Origin: Camelus dromedarius
Taxonomy: Eukaryota
Reading direction: 5' to 3'
Length of the DNA: 64,000 bases
NCBI RefSeq assembly: GCF_036321535.1
Contig: NC_087437.1
Span: 58,220,001-58,284,000, forward strand
Both the position numbers and the translations under genes were made by a program. The notes below the pieces were generated by a model. It worked only from the letters and a program-made list of their open reading frames with translations. It searched no databases and was not told where the DNA came from. Shown in pieces: positions 11,291 to 23,197 of the stretch (position 1 is its first letter; each line of letters begins with the position of its first letter).

Positions 11291-13029
11291 CAATATACAC
11301 TGGATCAGAACTGGATCTTCTCTAACTTTCCAACTGGGTCTCAGTTAAGCAACCAAATGATAGAGTTTTGCTTTTTTTAATCCCTGAGACTGCAAAAAAT
11401 CTTACCGTTTGGTTGAAAGTCCTTTTGTTATACAAGGCCCCTGTTCTGGTTGAAGTATGTATTGTTTGTGAAGCCACAACATCTAGAAGCTCTGTTCTGG
11501 CTCCTCTCGCGTTGCTTGTGGAAGGTGCTGCTTTCCGCGTTTGTCCAGTGTGCCTCCACATGGGAAGGTGGTCCGCTCAACACGGCATCGGAGGTGCACA
11601 GTCACAGGAGAGAACTCCAGCCCTGCCTTTAACAGACAGTCTGACCTTGGGCTCTTTTCTTTGCTTCTCTCAGCCTCAAATGTATCAAACGGTTTGAGAG
11701 TGGCTGGAATAATGAACTTTAATTCCCTTTCCAAGGCTGAGCTCCTTTATTTCTAACTTGTGTTATGTCTCAGTCGTTTCCATGGGGCTTGTGCAAAATG
11801 AGGGCTCCAGTCATCTCGGAGCTCCTACCTGCTGTGAGCCAAGGCTTAGACTTTTTGAAGGACATAGGATGATTTAATCCATCCTTGTTTCCTCTACTCT
11901 CTTCTGCTGTCTGCAAGGAATTGTGGTTTATAGCAGCTTTTATCTCCATGGTCCTCCAGGGACAGAAACAGGAGCGTCTGGAGTTAGCCGGAAGGATCTC
12001 GTTTGTGGCCTGCTTCATTGAGAATGACTGGCTCTCCGTTTGTCTTTGTTGAAAGAGCCAATCAGCAGACTTAGGACCTTGGGTCCTTTCACATTCTTTC
12101 TTGGCTGATCAGTGATTCATAGAGTCCATTAAAATGCCTGGGTGACCAAGAACTCAATTTTCCCAGACAAAGCCTGCTTGGCAGTGAAGAGGCTATTTCT
12201 CCCCCTTAGCAACCACTGAGGAGTCAGCATTTCTAGCCTTGGGGGAAGTACATCTCAGAACACTAAATTAACCTTTCTGGCACTGCCTGGTGGCCCTGCT
12301 CCAGCCGCTGGCCAGCCAGTGGGAGGGTTTACGATTGCTCAGACATTGATGAGCGACCGTGCTGACGGTGCGGCATTGCCTAGGAAAGGGGCTTTTCACT
12401 TCCAGGCTCTCTAGGAGAACATGTGACAGCTATGTATTGCGAGTCCTCTTCCTACAATTGGAAGTCTGGGCAATTATACCCTCCCTTTTCTAACACATGT
12501 TTAGAGATATAGTGAGGTGATTTCCAAAACATCAAGGTCACAAATTTTATATAAATGGGGTTTTCGGATTTCTCTACTTTCTAAACGCTGAGACTATTGG
12601 CTATCATACGCACTGGGTGATGGGTCACCATGAACGCACGGATGTGTGCTATGTAACCTGTGAAGCTCCGGTGTGAGAGGTTTGTGTTATTATTGCTGAG
12701 TTCTCTGAGTTGCTGTATTCTCTAGTTTCTGTTTCTGCTAAGGAAGAATTTTCTTTTTAATGTCTTTGTCAGTTGCCTGGCGCCATACCCCACTCCATTC
12801 TTGACATTGATTTGATTTTTCTTCCTACTCCTATGTCATCTCAGGGATTCCGCCCCAGCTTCCCCGTTCTTGCTTCTCCCTGCCTCCACCTGACAACTCC
12901 ATCCACCTGCAGGGGGATGGCTTCTGAGGGCTCTCCGTTCACCTGTTCTCTGTTGCCCTCAGCTGTTCCCAGGTACTGGATTCAGATCCGACTACTGCTG
13001 ACTCGTTACAGCTCACTTACAGCCACGTC

Positions 13030-13282
13030 CTGATAACATCACCACCAGCATCAGCACCAGCTCTTACTACCAGGGGCCAGATCTATGTACACGTCCCCTC
13101 CTAACCTTTCAACAGCACAATGAGGTAACCACTGTCACTGTAGTTTACATAAACCAGGGGACGAAAACTCCAAGAAGCTAAGTAACTTTTCTCAGGACAC
13201 GGCATTAGCAAGCAACAGATTCAGAATTCCAACACATCCTCTAGGTCACAGAGCTGTACTGGATTTCTGTTACACTACTGTT
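13030..13282 (-). mobile_element. MIR SINE
   Basis: tgaggtaacc..gaaaactccaagaagctaagtaactt..gattcagaattccaac. Confidence 0.6.
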
Positions 13283-14789
13283 TCTCTTGGAAGTGGACGT
13301 TTTGTATCTCACAGGTTACTAGTCAAATAAACACACTAGGGTAAATAGGAGTTGGCTGGAAAAGGAATTATGACTAAGAAATACTTCCACAATAAAGACA
13401 AACTTATTTTCTGAGCACAGATAAGTGGACCCAACCTAGGAGGATTGTCCTGTGTAGTTGGTGAAGTTGGACTGAGATTTACTTCACTTATTTTCAATAC
13501 AGTTGTCACCTATTTAAATAGAAAGTTACTCTTAGTAGAATGTTACTAGCTTCTGTGAGCTAGGCATTGTAGTAGAAACTTTCACATGCAAGGCAGAATA
13601 TAATACAGGCACAGAATTAGAGTAAAAGATTGGTGAATGTGGGACACACGATATTATTCAATAAGGAACACTATTTCAATCATGCTTCAGTAGAAGACAC
13701 AGAAAGATTTGGATAAAAATAAACAAATATGGCATGTTTTTATATTTAAATGAAAATCAGTAAGTGGCTTGGTCAAGACACTTAAAAACTGTGACCTTAG
13801 GGTAGCATGCTGTTTTCTATTCAGTAATTCAAGTAGACCTTAACCTCCTGTCTAGATTTTGTGTACATGAAGCATCTCAGAAATACACTATTAATAGACA
13901 GAGCAAGGGCAATGATAATGAAATCTACATAACTGTATTTTTATGACACCTTTCACAAAGGCATTTTTGTTTTCTTAGAGGAGTGATTATTCAGACTATT
14001 TTGGGAGAGGTCAAACTCTCTTGACAGAAGGGCTTTCAGAGCTGAACTCCTTAGTGGGAACGTTTCTGATAAAACTGTGAGTCTCTCTTTGACATTAACA
14101 CTATGCTATAACCTTGATTCTTAACTTCACAGGACAGTACTTGCTGGGAAGGTGAAAGGTTAGAGGTTAACACAAGGATGTTTACTTATTTAATGTAACA
14201 TGTCTAATAATATAAAGTATTTGCTTTTTCTATCTTATTATCTAGTGGACATTTTCAAGAAGGGGGACCTTCAAAGAGCCCCTTTCTGCTATTCTCTGTG
14301 TCCATAAAACACATGTTTTGAGTTTTGTTAACTAATGTACCGCTTCATTCCTGGGTATAGAGCATAAACAAACACATTGTTCTTTCATTCCTAACCTACT
14401 GGCCTCTTAACTAATCAAGCATAATGGTAGTATCCAAATCACATTTTCAGAAAACTTTAGTCACTCTGTAATCTCCACCATCTTCCTCCAAGCCACTCCA
14501 GATGGATTTATAATTCCGGTGAAAATAGTGTGTTTGCTATATAAATTCAGCATCAAGACTAAGACTGAAAAACCATTTTGTTATGATAACAAGTTTTAGA
14601 ACTGCTACCAGTCATGGCATCTCAGATGCATCTATACTTTTGAAAAGAGTAAAACATTAATTTAGCAACAATGTGCTCTTTATTTATAATCTGTCATCTA
14701 TAGATAGAAGCAGTGAGAGAAATCTATAATTTAAAACTGAAATATCCAAAGTAATAAGGCAGAAGTTTTGAATCATCTTCATATACCCC

Positions 14790-15320
14790 TTACCCTGGCA
14801 TTCAAAGCTCTCTACGGCTAACCAATCTGGTTTTCTAGCAGGGTCGCCCATGCGATCACACATTCCACACTCCATTCGTAGTTCACTGAATTTACTCATC
14901 ATTCTATAAACAGAGCCTACGCCTCCTGACTGTTCAGTTTTTGGCCACGTGTGTTCCTCCCACCTATACTGTCATTTACTGCCCACCCTCTGTCAGTGAC
15001 TGCTGAACCAGTTTTAAGTCTCAGTTCCAAATCTTTATTAATAAGCACCCAATCCTCTAGCCTCCTGTGTCCTCCCTACCCCAAACCTCAGTCTGCTGAA
15101 ATTAGATGCTTCCTTCTTTGGATTCCCAAGTTCATTCCTATTCCTTGCTTGTAACTTATTAAATTAGTTTCCTTCAGACTAAAAATAATATAATTTATTT
15201 CAGGGTGTTTCTGTATCACTAGATAACAAGTTCACGGAGGTGAAGGAGACTATCTTGAACATTTCTTTCTCTCTCCCCCCAACCAAGGCTTATATCAATG
15301 GTTAAACTGAGTTGAACTGA
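14790..15320 (+). mobile_element. L2 LINE 3' fragment
   Basis: cctggcattcaaagctctc..; ttaagtctcagttccaa..; actagataacaagttc..ggagactatc. Confidence 0.65.
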
Positions 15321-15906
15321 TGATACAACTTCTAGTGTGAAAAAATTCCATAAGAAGCAGTCTCAGATAATAGCACGGAAGTGTTGTATTAGAGTTTGGC
15401 AGATTATCCGTGATTCGCTAGTCACTTGTCTTTATGTAAATCATAAAATCTCTACAGTCAGTTTGCTTTTCATTGGAAAGTTCCACAGTAAATATGATAA
15501 TTAGCTAATCCAAAGTGTCCTGTCATTGAAAAGGTCGCTTCCGAAAAGGAGACCGTTATCATGATTAGCCCTGATGAGGCTTTATTTCTAAGGTTATTAC
15601 CTTCTTCTGATTTGCTCTTTCTTTAACTTGTAATATTGTTTAACTATTAAAAATACTTACAGCTTTAGCTCTACCAGTCTTAGTAGATGGAAGCCATTCC
15701 TCGACAATACTGCTCCTCAACCCAGTTAGGGCCAAGTGGGACTTTAATATCTTCCCATCATTTTTCCAGGTGGGACCGTGTTTCCTTGGAGACTAAGTAA
15801 CTCATTGTCAGAAATGTTTGTTTTGCACTCTCTGATTTTTTTTTTTAAGATTGAATCATCACTCTCAGAAATTCTTCCTTAATTCTCTTGGATTTTTCTT
15901 CTAGTT

Positions 15907-16231
15907 CAGTGGTTTCCAGTAGGGAATGATTTTGCCTGGGTTTTCTCAGCTCTGGGATTCTGCTCCAGCCTCTCCTGTTTCCCTCTTCCCTGCATCCATT
16001 TTGACAGCTCCATCCGCCTGCCCGGAATTAGAGTATTTCTGGGTGGCTTCTATGCATTCTCCACTCTGAATATTCTCAGGCAATATTTGGAGGCCATTTT
16101 TTTATGGTCATGATGAAGGGATGTCTCTACTGGCGTCACACGTGTAGAGCCCAGGGATACTGCTAAACATCTTACAGTGCACAGGACAGCCCTCCACAAC
16201 AAAGAATAATCCATTTCCTAATGTCAGTAAT
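15907..16231. mobile_element. MER20 hAT-Charlie element with ~140 bp internal interruption
   Basis: cagtggtt..gattttgcc then cagggatactgctaaacatcttacagtgcacaggacagccctccacaacaaagaat. Confidence 0.85.
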
Positions 16232-17769
16232 CTTTTTGTTTCAACTTCAGTGATGACGGGAACCAAGCAGTCATTTTCCGTACACTTTCTTTAAGATAAC
16301 TATTTTGTGGTGACTATTAGTATCTGTCCACCTGTTTAATGGTCTCATGGGAATCTCTAATAAAGATGACAGCTTCCTGTTATAATCTCCACCTGGAAGT
16401 TAAGTTCTATTCTTAGTATTTATATCTTTTCCTTCCATAAGTGTTGACTTTCCCTCCCAATAGATCCTTTAATGGTAAAGTAACAATCCCAACCATGTGT
16501 CACTTAAATAAGTAGTGCTTTGTACCTAAAGGAAACTTATTATAGCAAGAAATGCCATGTGCGTTAGTTGATTGGTCCTGGCTGCTGTCCTTTGGACTTA
16601 CTGGACTTCCAAAGCAACCCCTCTTTGGCTATCTTTGGGAGATGGGCTAGTTCTGTTGTAAGAACTCTGATGATGGAATAGGAAGTATGTAACTGCAGCA
16701 GGACAAGGATTTCCACATGTGTTAGAAGGTATACGTCAGTGCTGGTGCTGCCCTTCCACAGCCTGAGCAGAAGGAAAATGCTCTCATGCATTGTTGGACA
16801 GGCTTGAGTGCCAAGGTGATCCCCTCAGCCCAAAGGGAGAGATCCAGATCTCTGAGCTCCTCTCCCCCAAGCAGATTTCATATTCTGCACTGGTTACACT
16901 GGCCACTGAACTTCCAGGGAAACAAGGAAAGCAATGGGAAGCCACTTCCACTCACTTAAATTCACATTTGATCTTTATTCATTGCTCTACTTATTGTTGG
17001 TTCGTAGTTAATTGACACAAAACAATCTAGAACAAGTCTAGGTCATCATTTTTCAGATATTAGAACCCAGGTTAGACTTTGTGTTTTGTCCTAGGTCAGC
17101 TCCTCTGCATGGACAACTTGGACTCTGAATCTAATCTCTGAGCACAGATTTATAGCACTTTTATTCAGTGACTGCAGCTACTTTATTTGTATGAATCAAT
17201 TTTTACAAAATTTTCAGAACTAGCAGTTGATACCCCAAAGGGTCTTGGGATACATTCTCAATGCTACCTCTTTAATATGAAAAAGAAGATTCATTTTTCC
17301 CATTACCAAGACTCACTGAACAGGATGAAGGGGCAAGATGAAGATGGTTCCTGGGGTGCAGAAAGGGAAATGCCAACTGTGATGTGTGCTGGTGTTGATG
17401 CTTTTGGAGAAGGATTTGGGATAATGTGCCTTCTCTTCTCAGGATTGCAATGTATAACTTTAATTTCCCCCCAAATTGTGTTACTTGGGGCTTCTCACAC
17501 ACCTGGCCTCGTTCATAATACTCACCTACCAGAGAACCACAAGACAATATCCAGAGTGTTTTCCTTGAATCCAAATATCTATTACTCTTGATGAGTGTGA
17601 GATGGACTCGTATGAAGAAGTTCTAACTTTTAAATCCTATGTGACCGAGACTTGGTTGCACAATGAACTAGACACTTGTTCCATGATCTTATTTGTTAAT
17701 TTTGTTTTCATCTTAAGGTGTGTCTACGATTGATATTGGCATTTAAGAGAAAAAGCATAACTAAGAATG

Positions 17770-18844
17770 CTATAAATTCAACCCAGTCGTTGGTTTCTAC
17801 ATCACACCAATTCCCTGCCCAAGTTCACAGAACCCACAGACGCATTATCCAAACTTTCAATTATCTAGACTAATCTTGTTTTACACTTTCTATAAGCAGA
17901 ATCACATAGTAAGTATTTATTTGTGCCTGGCTCCCCTGACTCAGAAGTCAAGTGGGAGACTTATTCAGGTTGTTGTTGCGTATAGCTGTAGTTCATTTAT
18001 TTTTATTGAGTATAATATTGCATGAAATTAATATACCACAGTGTATTTATTCACTCTGTTGTAAATAGACCTTTGGTTTGTTTCCAGTTTTTGTTTCTAG
18101 TTATTACAAATAAAGCTACTATGGCAACAAGGAGTTGAACCAAGAAGACATTATCTTAAGTGAAATTATTCAGTCACAGAAAGACAAACACTGCATGATT
18201 TCTTATACGAGGCGCTTGAATATTCAGAGTATAGAAGTATACAGTAGAGTGGTGGTTACCAAGGGGATGGGTGAGCAGGTCATGGGAGTTGTTGTTCAAT
18301 GGATATGAAGTTAAAGAAGAAAAGGCAAAGATTTATACACTAGAACAACAACAACAAAAAGAGTATGCGAGGGGATGAATATGTTAGTTAACTTGATTAC
18401 CGCGATCGTTTTGCAAAGTGTACATATATCAAAACATCAAGTCACACATCTTAGACATATACAATTCCTATTTGTCAATTAGACCTCACTAAAGCTGAAA
18501 AAACCAGAAGTATCTTCAAAATAAAAGCAAAAATTATTTTTAAAAGTTTTTTTTTAAAAAGGTGCTATGAACATTAGCATATATGATTTTTGAGGTCCGT
18601 ATACACACTTTTCTGTTGAATATTCACCTAGAGGTAGAATTTCTGAGTCAAATGGTATGTGTATTTTCAAATGTATGCTTCTTTTCAACTGTTAGGAATG
18701 TTGCTAAATGGCGTTCTAAGGCAGTTGTACAGATTTACTCCTTAACATGATCTGAGGACTCATTGCTCAACATTCTCACCTGCAGTTGGAAGTGTCAGTC
18801 TTTCTAGTCTCAGTCATTCAGTTTGGTGTGTAGTGGTATCTCAT
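17770..18844 (-). mobile_element. Old L1M(E) 3' region hosting a nested L1
   Basis: tagctgtagttcatttattttt..ataccaca..tttccagtt; resumes gctatgaacatt..gtagtggtatctcatt. Confidence 0.8.
18124..18557 (+). mobile_element. L1MA/L1MB-type 3' end nested in opposite orientation, with target-site duplication
   Basis: gacattatcttaagtgaaat..cagtcacagaaagacaaa..ttgtcaattagacctcactaaagctg + A-rich tail; flanks aaagctactatg (18112-18123) / aaaggtgctatg (18558-18569). Confidence 0.88.
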
Positions 18845-19079
18845 TGAAAGGGAGCAGGACACTGTGCCCCCTCCCTCACCTCTTGTTTATAGAAAAGCTG
18901 AAGTCTCTGACCACTTATCTCAATGATTGACTGAGATTACTCCCTCATTTCCCTTTAAAACTTTCATGGCTGAACAGAAACTTTGGAGATAGTTTTTTTT
19001 TGGGGGGGTGGTTTGGAGGGGTTGGTGATTCTGGGTCCACAAGATTGCAGGCATCCTGGTTAAAAGCAACTTTGCTTCT
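18845..19079 (+). mobile_element. ERV1-class LTR fragment, same family as 1219-1768
   Basis: Shares tttaaaactttcatggctga.caga and ttaaaagcaacttt with the reverse complement of ~1295-1400. Confidence 0.75.
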
Positions 19080-19691
19080 TGTTACCAAGGCTGTTGCCCC
19101 CAGGATCATACCCCTGCCCCTCCCTCAAATAGAAACCAATTACTCTTATCTAAGTATCAGGAGGGAGCTGCTGAGAAGAAACAAGAACTGGTTAGAACCC
19201 AGTCCAAGATGGTGGAGAATTTGACTACCAGTGGACCTTGAGCCTCACTATAGTCTCACTGTAATGTATGCTGTATGCTAAGTGACATGCCCACCAGTGC
19301 CATGACAGCTGATGATTGCCATGACAACAACTGGAAAAGTCTCTATAAGGACTGAAAAACTCGAACAAGGACTGATTGGCTCCATCACTCCTGGAAGGTG
19401 GACGCGATGGTGGGAGCCTCTCATAAAAGTCCACATGGACGACCCGGGCTGGAGCTGTCCCTACTGCCCATCTTGGCTGATGGCTCCCTACTCGAGGACC
19501 TCTTCCTTGCGTGAGTGCCTTTTCTCCCCTTCTCCCACCTTGAGCACTTTCCTTCCTTTTCCTCTTCTGAACAATAAAGCAGCTATTCACTCTGTCCCTC
19601 TGTCTCTGCTGTGCGAATTCTTTCACAGTCAGTGGCACGAACCCACACTTTGGTGGGCTTCCTAATTTAGGGGTCTCTCCATTTGTTAACA
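19080..19691 (+). mobile_element. MER41-like ERV1 solo LTR
   Basis: TG...CA termini; MER41-like block atgctaagtgacatgcccaccagtgccatgacag; TATA-like cataaaa; AATAAA at 19573. Confidence 0.8.
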
Positions 19692-19699
19692 CCTTTATG

Positions 19700-20260
19700 T
19701 TTTTCTTTTTCTTTTGGAAAACTTTAGATTTAGAGAAAAATGTCAAAGATAGTGTAGAAAGTTCCTACATGCCCTTCACGCATTTCCTCCGATACTGTAT
19801 CTTTGTAACCATGACACATTTTTCAAAATTGAGAAATTAATGTTGGTTTATTACTATGAAGAAAACTCCAGACTTAATTTGGATTTAAAAAAATTGTTAT
19901 TATTTTACTAATGAAGCTCATCCTGCTCTAGGATCCAGTCAAGGGTACAACACTGCATGTGATTATATTCCCTTTGTCTCCCCTGGTCTGTGACAGTTTC
20001 TCAGTTTTCCTAGTGTTTCATGACTTTCACAGTTCTGAAGAGTACTGGTTAGACATTTTATAAAATGTCCCTTAATTTGGGTTTGTTTGATTTTGTTAAT
20101 GGTTTTTTTTCATCACTCAAGTTATGAGTTTTAGGAAGAATACCACAGAAATGAAGTGCCTCTCCTCCATAGTAAATGGAGGACAATATATCAAGACCAG
20201 TGAGGTTAACTTTGGTCACTTGGTTAAGGCAGTGTTTGCCTTGTGTCTTCATTCTAAAGT
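19700..20260 (-). mobile_element. L1MC-type 3' UTR
   Basis: tttagatttagagaaaaatg.caaagatagt..; ctggtctgtgacagtttctcag; ggttaactttggtcacttggttaagg. Confidence 0.85.
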
Positions 20261-22885
20261 TCTGTGTTTTCTGGCTTCCATCATTTCTACTGAGAAGTCA
20301 AATACCAGTCAGTTGTAATTCCTTTGATGGTGATGCTTTCTTTTCCCTCTAAATATTTTGGGGTTTCCCTTTCATTTTCTGCTTTACTTTAATGTATATA
20401 CGATTAATATACATTATATTCACCCCAGTTGGGTTTCTTAGTGCTTTTTAATCTATGGTTTGATTTTTTTAAATCAATTTTCAAAAATTCTCATTCACTA
20501 TCTCTTCAGATAGTTTCTTTGACTCATTTTTGTTCCTTTTCTTCTGAGACTCTAAAATCATGTATATTAGACTTTAAAAAAAGAAACTATGCCCCATGTA
20601 TTCCTTGTACGTATTTCTCTATGTTTCATCTTTTTGACTCTTGGAGCTTCTGTGTGAATATTTTATTCTAACTTATTAACAATTAATTGAATCCTCAGCT
20701 CTTTCTAATTTGCTATTAAATTTTTCAGTTTTAGAATGTTCAATTTTTTAAGGTTTCCAATTCTTTGCTGATTTTTTCTACCTTTTCTCATATACTTGAA
20801 CACATTATTCAAATAATGCTAAAGTTTGTGTCTGATACATCCAATGTCTGGATTCCCTGTGGCTCTGTTGCTATTGACCATTGATACTTTTGGCTTTTAA
20901 ATAACATTGTCTTATCTCCTTTATGCCTGCTTATCATTGATTGAATGCCAGATGTTGCATACTTACAATAGGAAAGAAATTTAAAACCTAGAATTATGCT
21001 CTCTTCTTCTAGAGAATATTATTACATTTGCTTTGTGGATGGCTGTAAAATCTAGTAATCCCAAATCACTTTAATTGCATCAGAAATTCAGTTATTTTAA
21101 AATTGGGTTCAACATCTGTGAAGGCTGGTCTATTTTCAGTTTTCTTAGAATGTAGTCCATGAGGGTTCAAACCTAAATCCTGGGAAGTGGTTACCAGGGC
21201 CCTAATTCTTTATAGTCCTTAAACATCTGTTTTTGTACCCATAGTCATAAGAATCTTTCAAAATCCCTGCTTAGCTTCTTAGATTCCTCTTTGGGAAATA
21301 ACGTTACTCCTAGAGGGAAAAATAACCAACAAATGTCAGATCTCAGTCATGCTATCTGTCTGTCCACAGCAAGTCAACAGGAGGGCTTTGCTCATCATAG
21401 TCATTCAAGGACCTGCGTTAATAAAGGCGTCATTTTGTTGCATGTTTCCATGGTCTTTTGTAGTAGGAAATTCTTCACTGACCTTTAAGGTCCTCCTTAG
21501 AAGTGACCACTCTCACTTCTACAGTCTTTCCCTGGGCAGAAGCAAGTAGCTAGGGAAGTACAATCCTACTATGTGCCTAGAAAGTGGAAAATAGGGAATT
21601 ACTGAACAGTATATATGAATACTGGAATAAAATATTGCCACAATTGATTTATCCTATCTCATAGATTCAAAACTAGGTTACTGATTTTTAAAAACTATTT
21701 CAAACATATTGCAACAAATATCCTTATACACATGTGTCAAAATTTGTCTAAAATATTTATTAGATGTTGAATTGCCAAATGATAATATAAACCTGTAAGT
21801 CTATTAACTTGTAAGTTGTTGACAAATTATTCCCTATAGTTGTGTCAGTTTATACTCCAATCAGCCATGTTTAAAGTTCCTGTTACTCTACACTCATAAA
21901 ATTTCACATTCTCAAGGATATTAACTCTCCAATTTAGTGTCATAAGCTATCTTATTTTAATTTACATTTTCCTGATTGCTAATAGACAATCATCTTTTTT
22001 CAAATTTATTGACTATTTAAGTTTCCTTTTTGCAAATTCTATTTTCTACATTTAACAACTGTCTATCATGTTTTTTTTATCTCTTGAAAAACCTTATTGT
22101 GGTGCAATTTGGGTATTTATTCAGATCCATCTTCCAGTTCACTGATGTATCTCTTCAGCTATGTTTAATCTGTTATTTCAATAATTCATCATTTTTAAGC
22201 ACCCAATTGCCTTTTATTATTTTTAGAAGTTATTTTATTTCCAAGTGTGTCTATTTTCTGTAATGGACTAATATTTTATTATAGTTTATGCTCCTTCATT
22301 TAGCTCTTTAATAATTAAAGTGTATTATTTTACAATCTTTTTCCTACTTTTCTATTAGTTTAAAGTCTTGTTATGTCTGCTGATTCTGTCTTTTATGGTA
22401 AACAAATTTTCTTCTGTATTAAAAAAAATTGTAAGCTCTTCTTTACTAGAGAGTTCTTGTTGCTATTTCTTTGTGGGAGTCTGTATTTCTTCTCCAGGTA
22501 CTTCAGGGTGTCATTTGTCTTAGTCTAGATTTTCATGTTACTTTTTTTTGGTTTGGAGATTTCCACACTATGCAGGTAGGATAGGTTGAGACTCTACTTG
22601 GTAACTAATGAATTTTGGTTACTCTTAGAAGACTTTTTCCTCTTACAGCTCGAAACATAGACAAGTTTATTTATAGCTTTCCTGGATTGGTACATGAGAT
22701 ACTGTAGTTCTCATTTCACTGAGAAAGAAGGCACCTATGGTGCCGTATCAGTTGGCTCTCAATTTCAGCTCCCCATTTTATGCAAGTCATGTTGTTTTCT
22801 CTATATTGAGCATTAAAAACCCAGTTCCAAGCAACTACAATTTAAATCAGATTCAACTTGGAGCTATAGCTCACAAGCTTACCTT
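20260..22885 (-). mobile_element. Old L1M/HAL1 fragments (ORF1/5' and 3' pieces)
   Basis: ttctggcttccatcatttctactgagaagtca; atcttccagttcactgat..ctcttcagct; L1 3'-like 21660-22060. Confidence 0.65.
21345..21640. mobile_element. Old MaLR LTR (MLT1-family) fragment
   Basis: ctttgctcatcatagtcattcaaggacc..agaagtgacc..gggaagtacaatcctactatgtgcctagaa. Confidence 0.65.
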
Positions 22886-23179
22886 TGACAGTGCTGAACT
22901 TCACCTGAGCCTTGTGATTCTGGAAAATGGCATTGGTAAAGAGATCAATTAGAGATGGCTAATTCTAAAAGGACATCAACTCTTCTATTTTCTCAGATAA
23001 GACCCATCTTCATCTTTCCCCATCATTCTCATAAGACTCATGGCTGAATCCTTTGATAAAATGCACCTTCTTGGCAACTTTTATTTTGAGATAATTCTCA
23101 ATAGTGAATATTCTTCTAATTGCAGCAGCTTGAATAAAATCATCTCCCTAACTGTCAGGTGCATTTTGTCTCAATAGCT

Positions 23180-23197
23180 TCGTGCTGTGACTCAGAT
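23180..23197 (+). other. Retroviral primer-binding site, tRNA-His type
   Basis: tcgtgctgtgactcagat vs TGGTGCCGTGACTCGGAT: 15/18, two differences are CpG-decay transitions. Confidence 0.8.

Noticed and set aside
12200..12250. MHC class II S-X-Y module
   Set aside because: X-like box present but no correctly spaced Y (ATTGG) box
12278..12296. CTCF-like word (minus CCACCAGGCAGTGC); similar at 29410-29430 and 52680-52693
   Set aside because: Three or more mismatches to the core; unsupported without a PWM scan
19001..19026. G-quadruplex-like runs (also 28315-28334, 33743-33755)
   Set aside because: Do not meet a clean four-G3-tract pattern; two are slippage runs within LTRs
19225..19746. 173-aa and 117-aa overlapping ORFs
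   Set aside because: Lie within a solo LTR; chance frames
23180..23197. tRNA-His gene
   Set aside because: Only 18 nt complementary to the tRNA 3' end, i.e. a PBS; no cloverleaf
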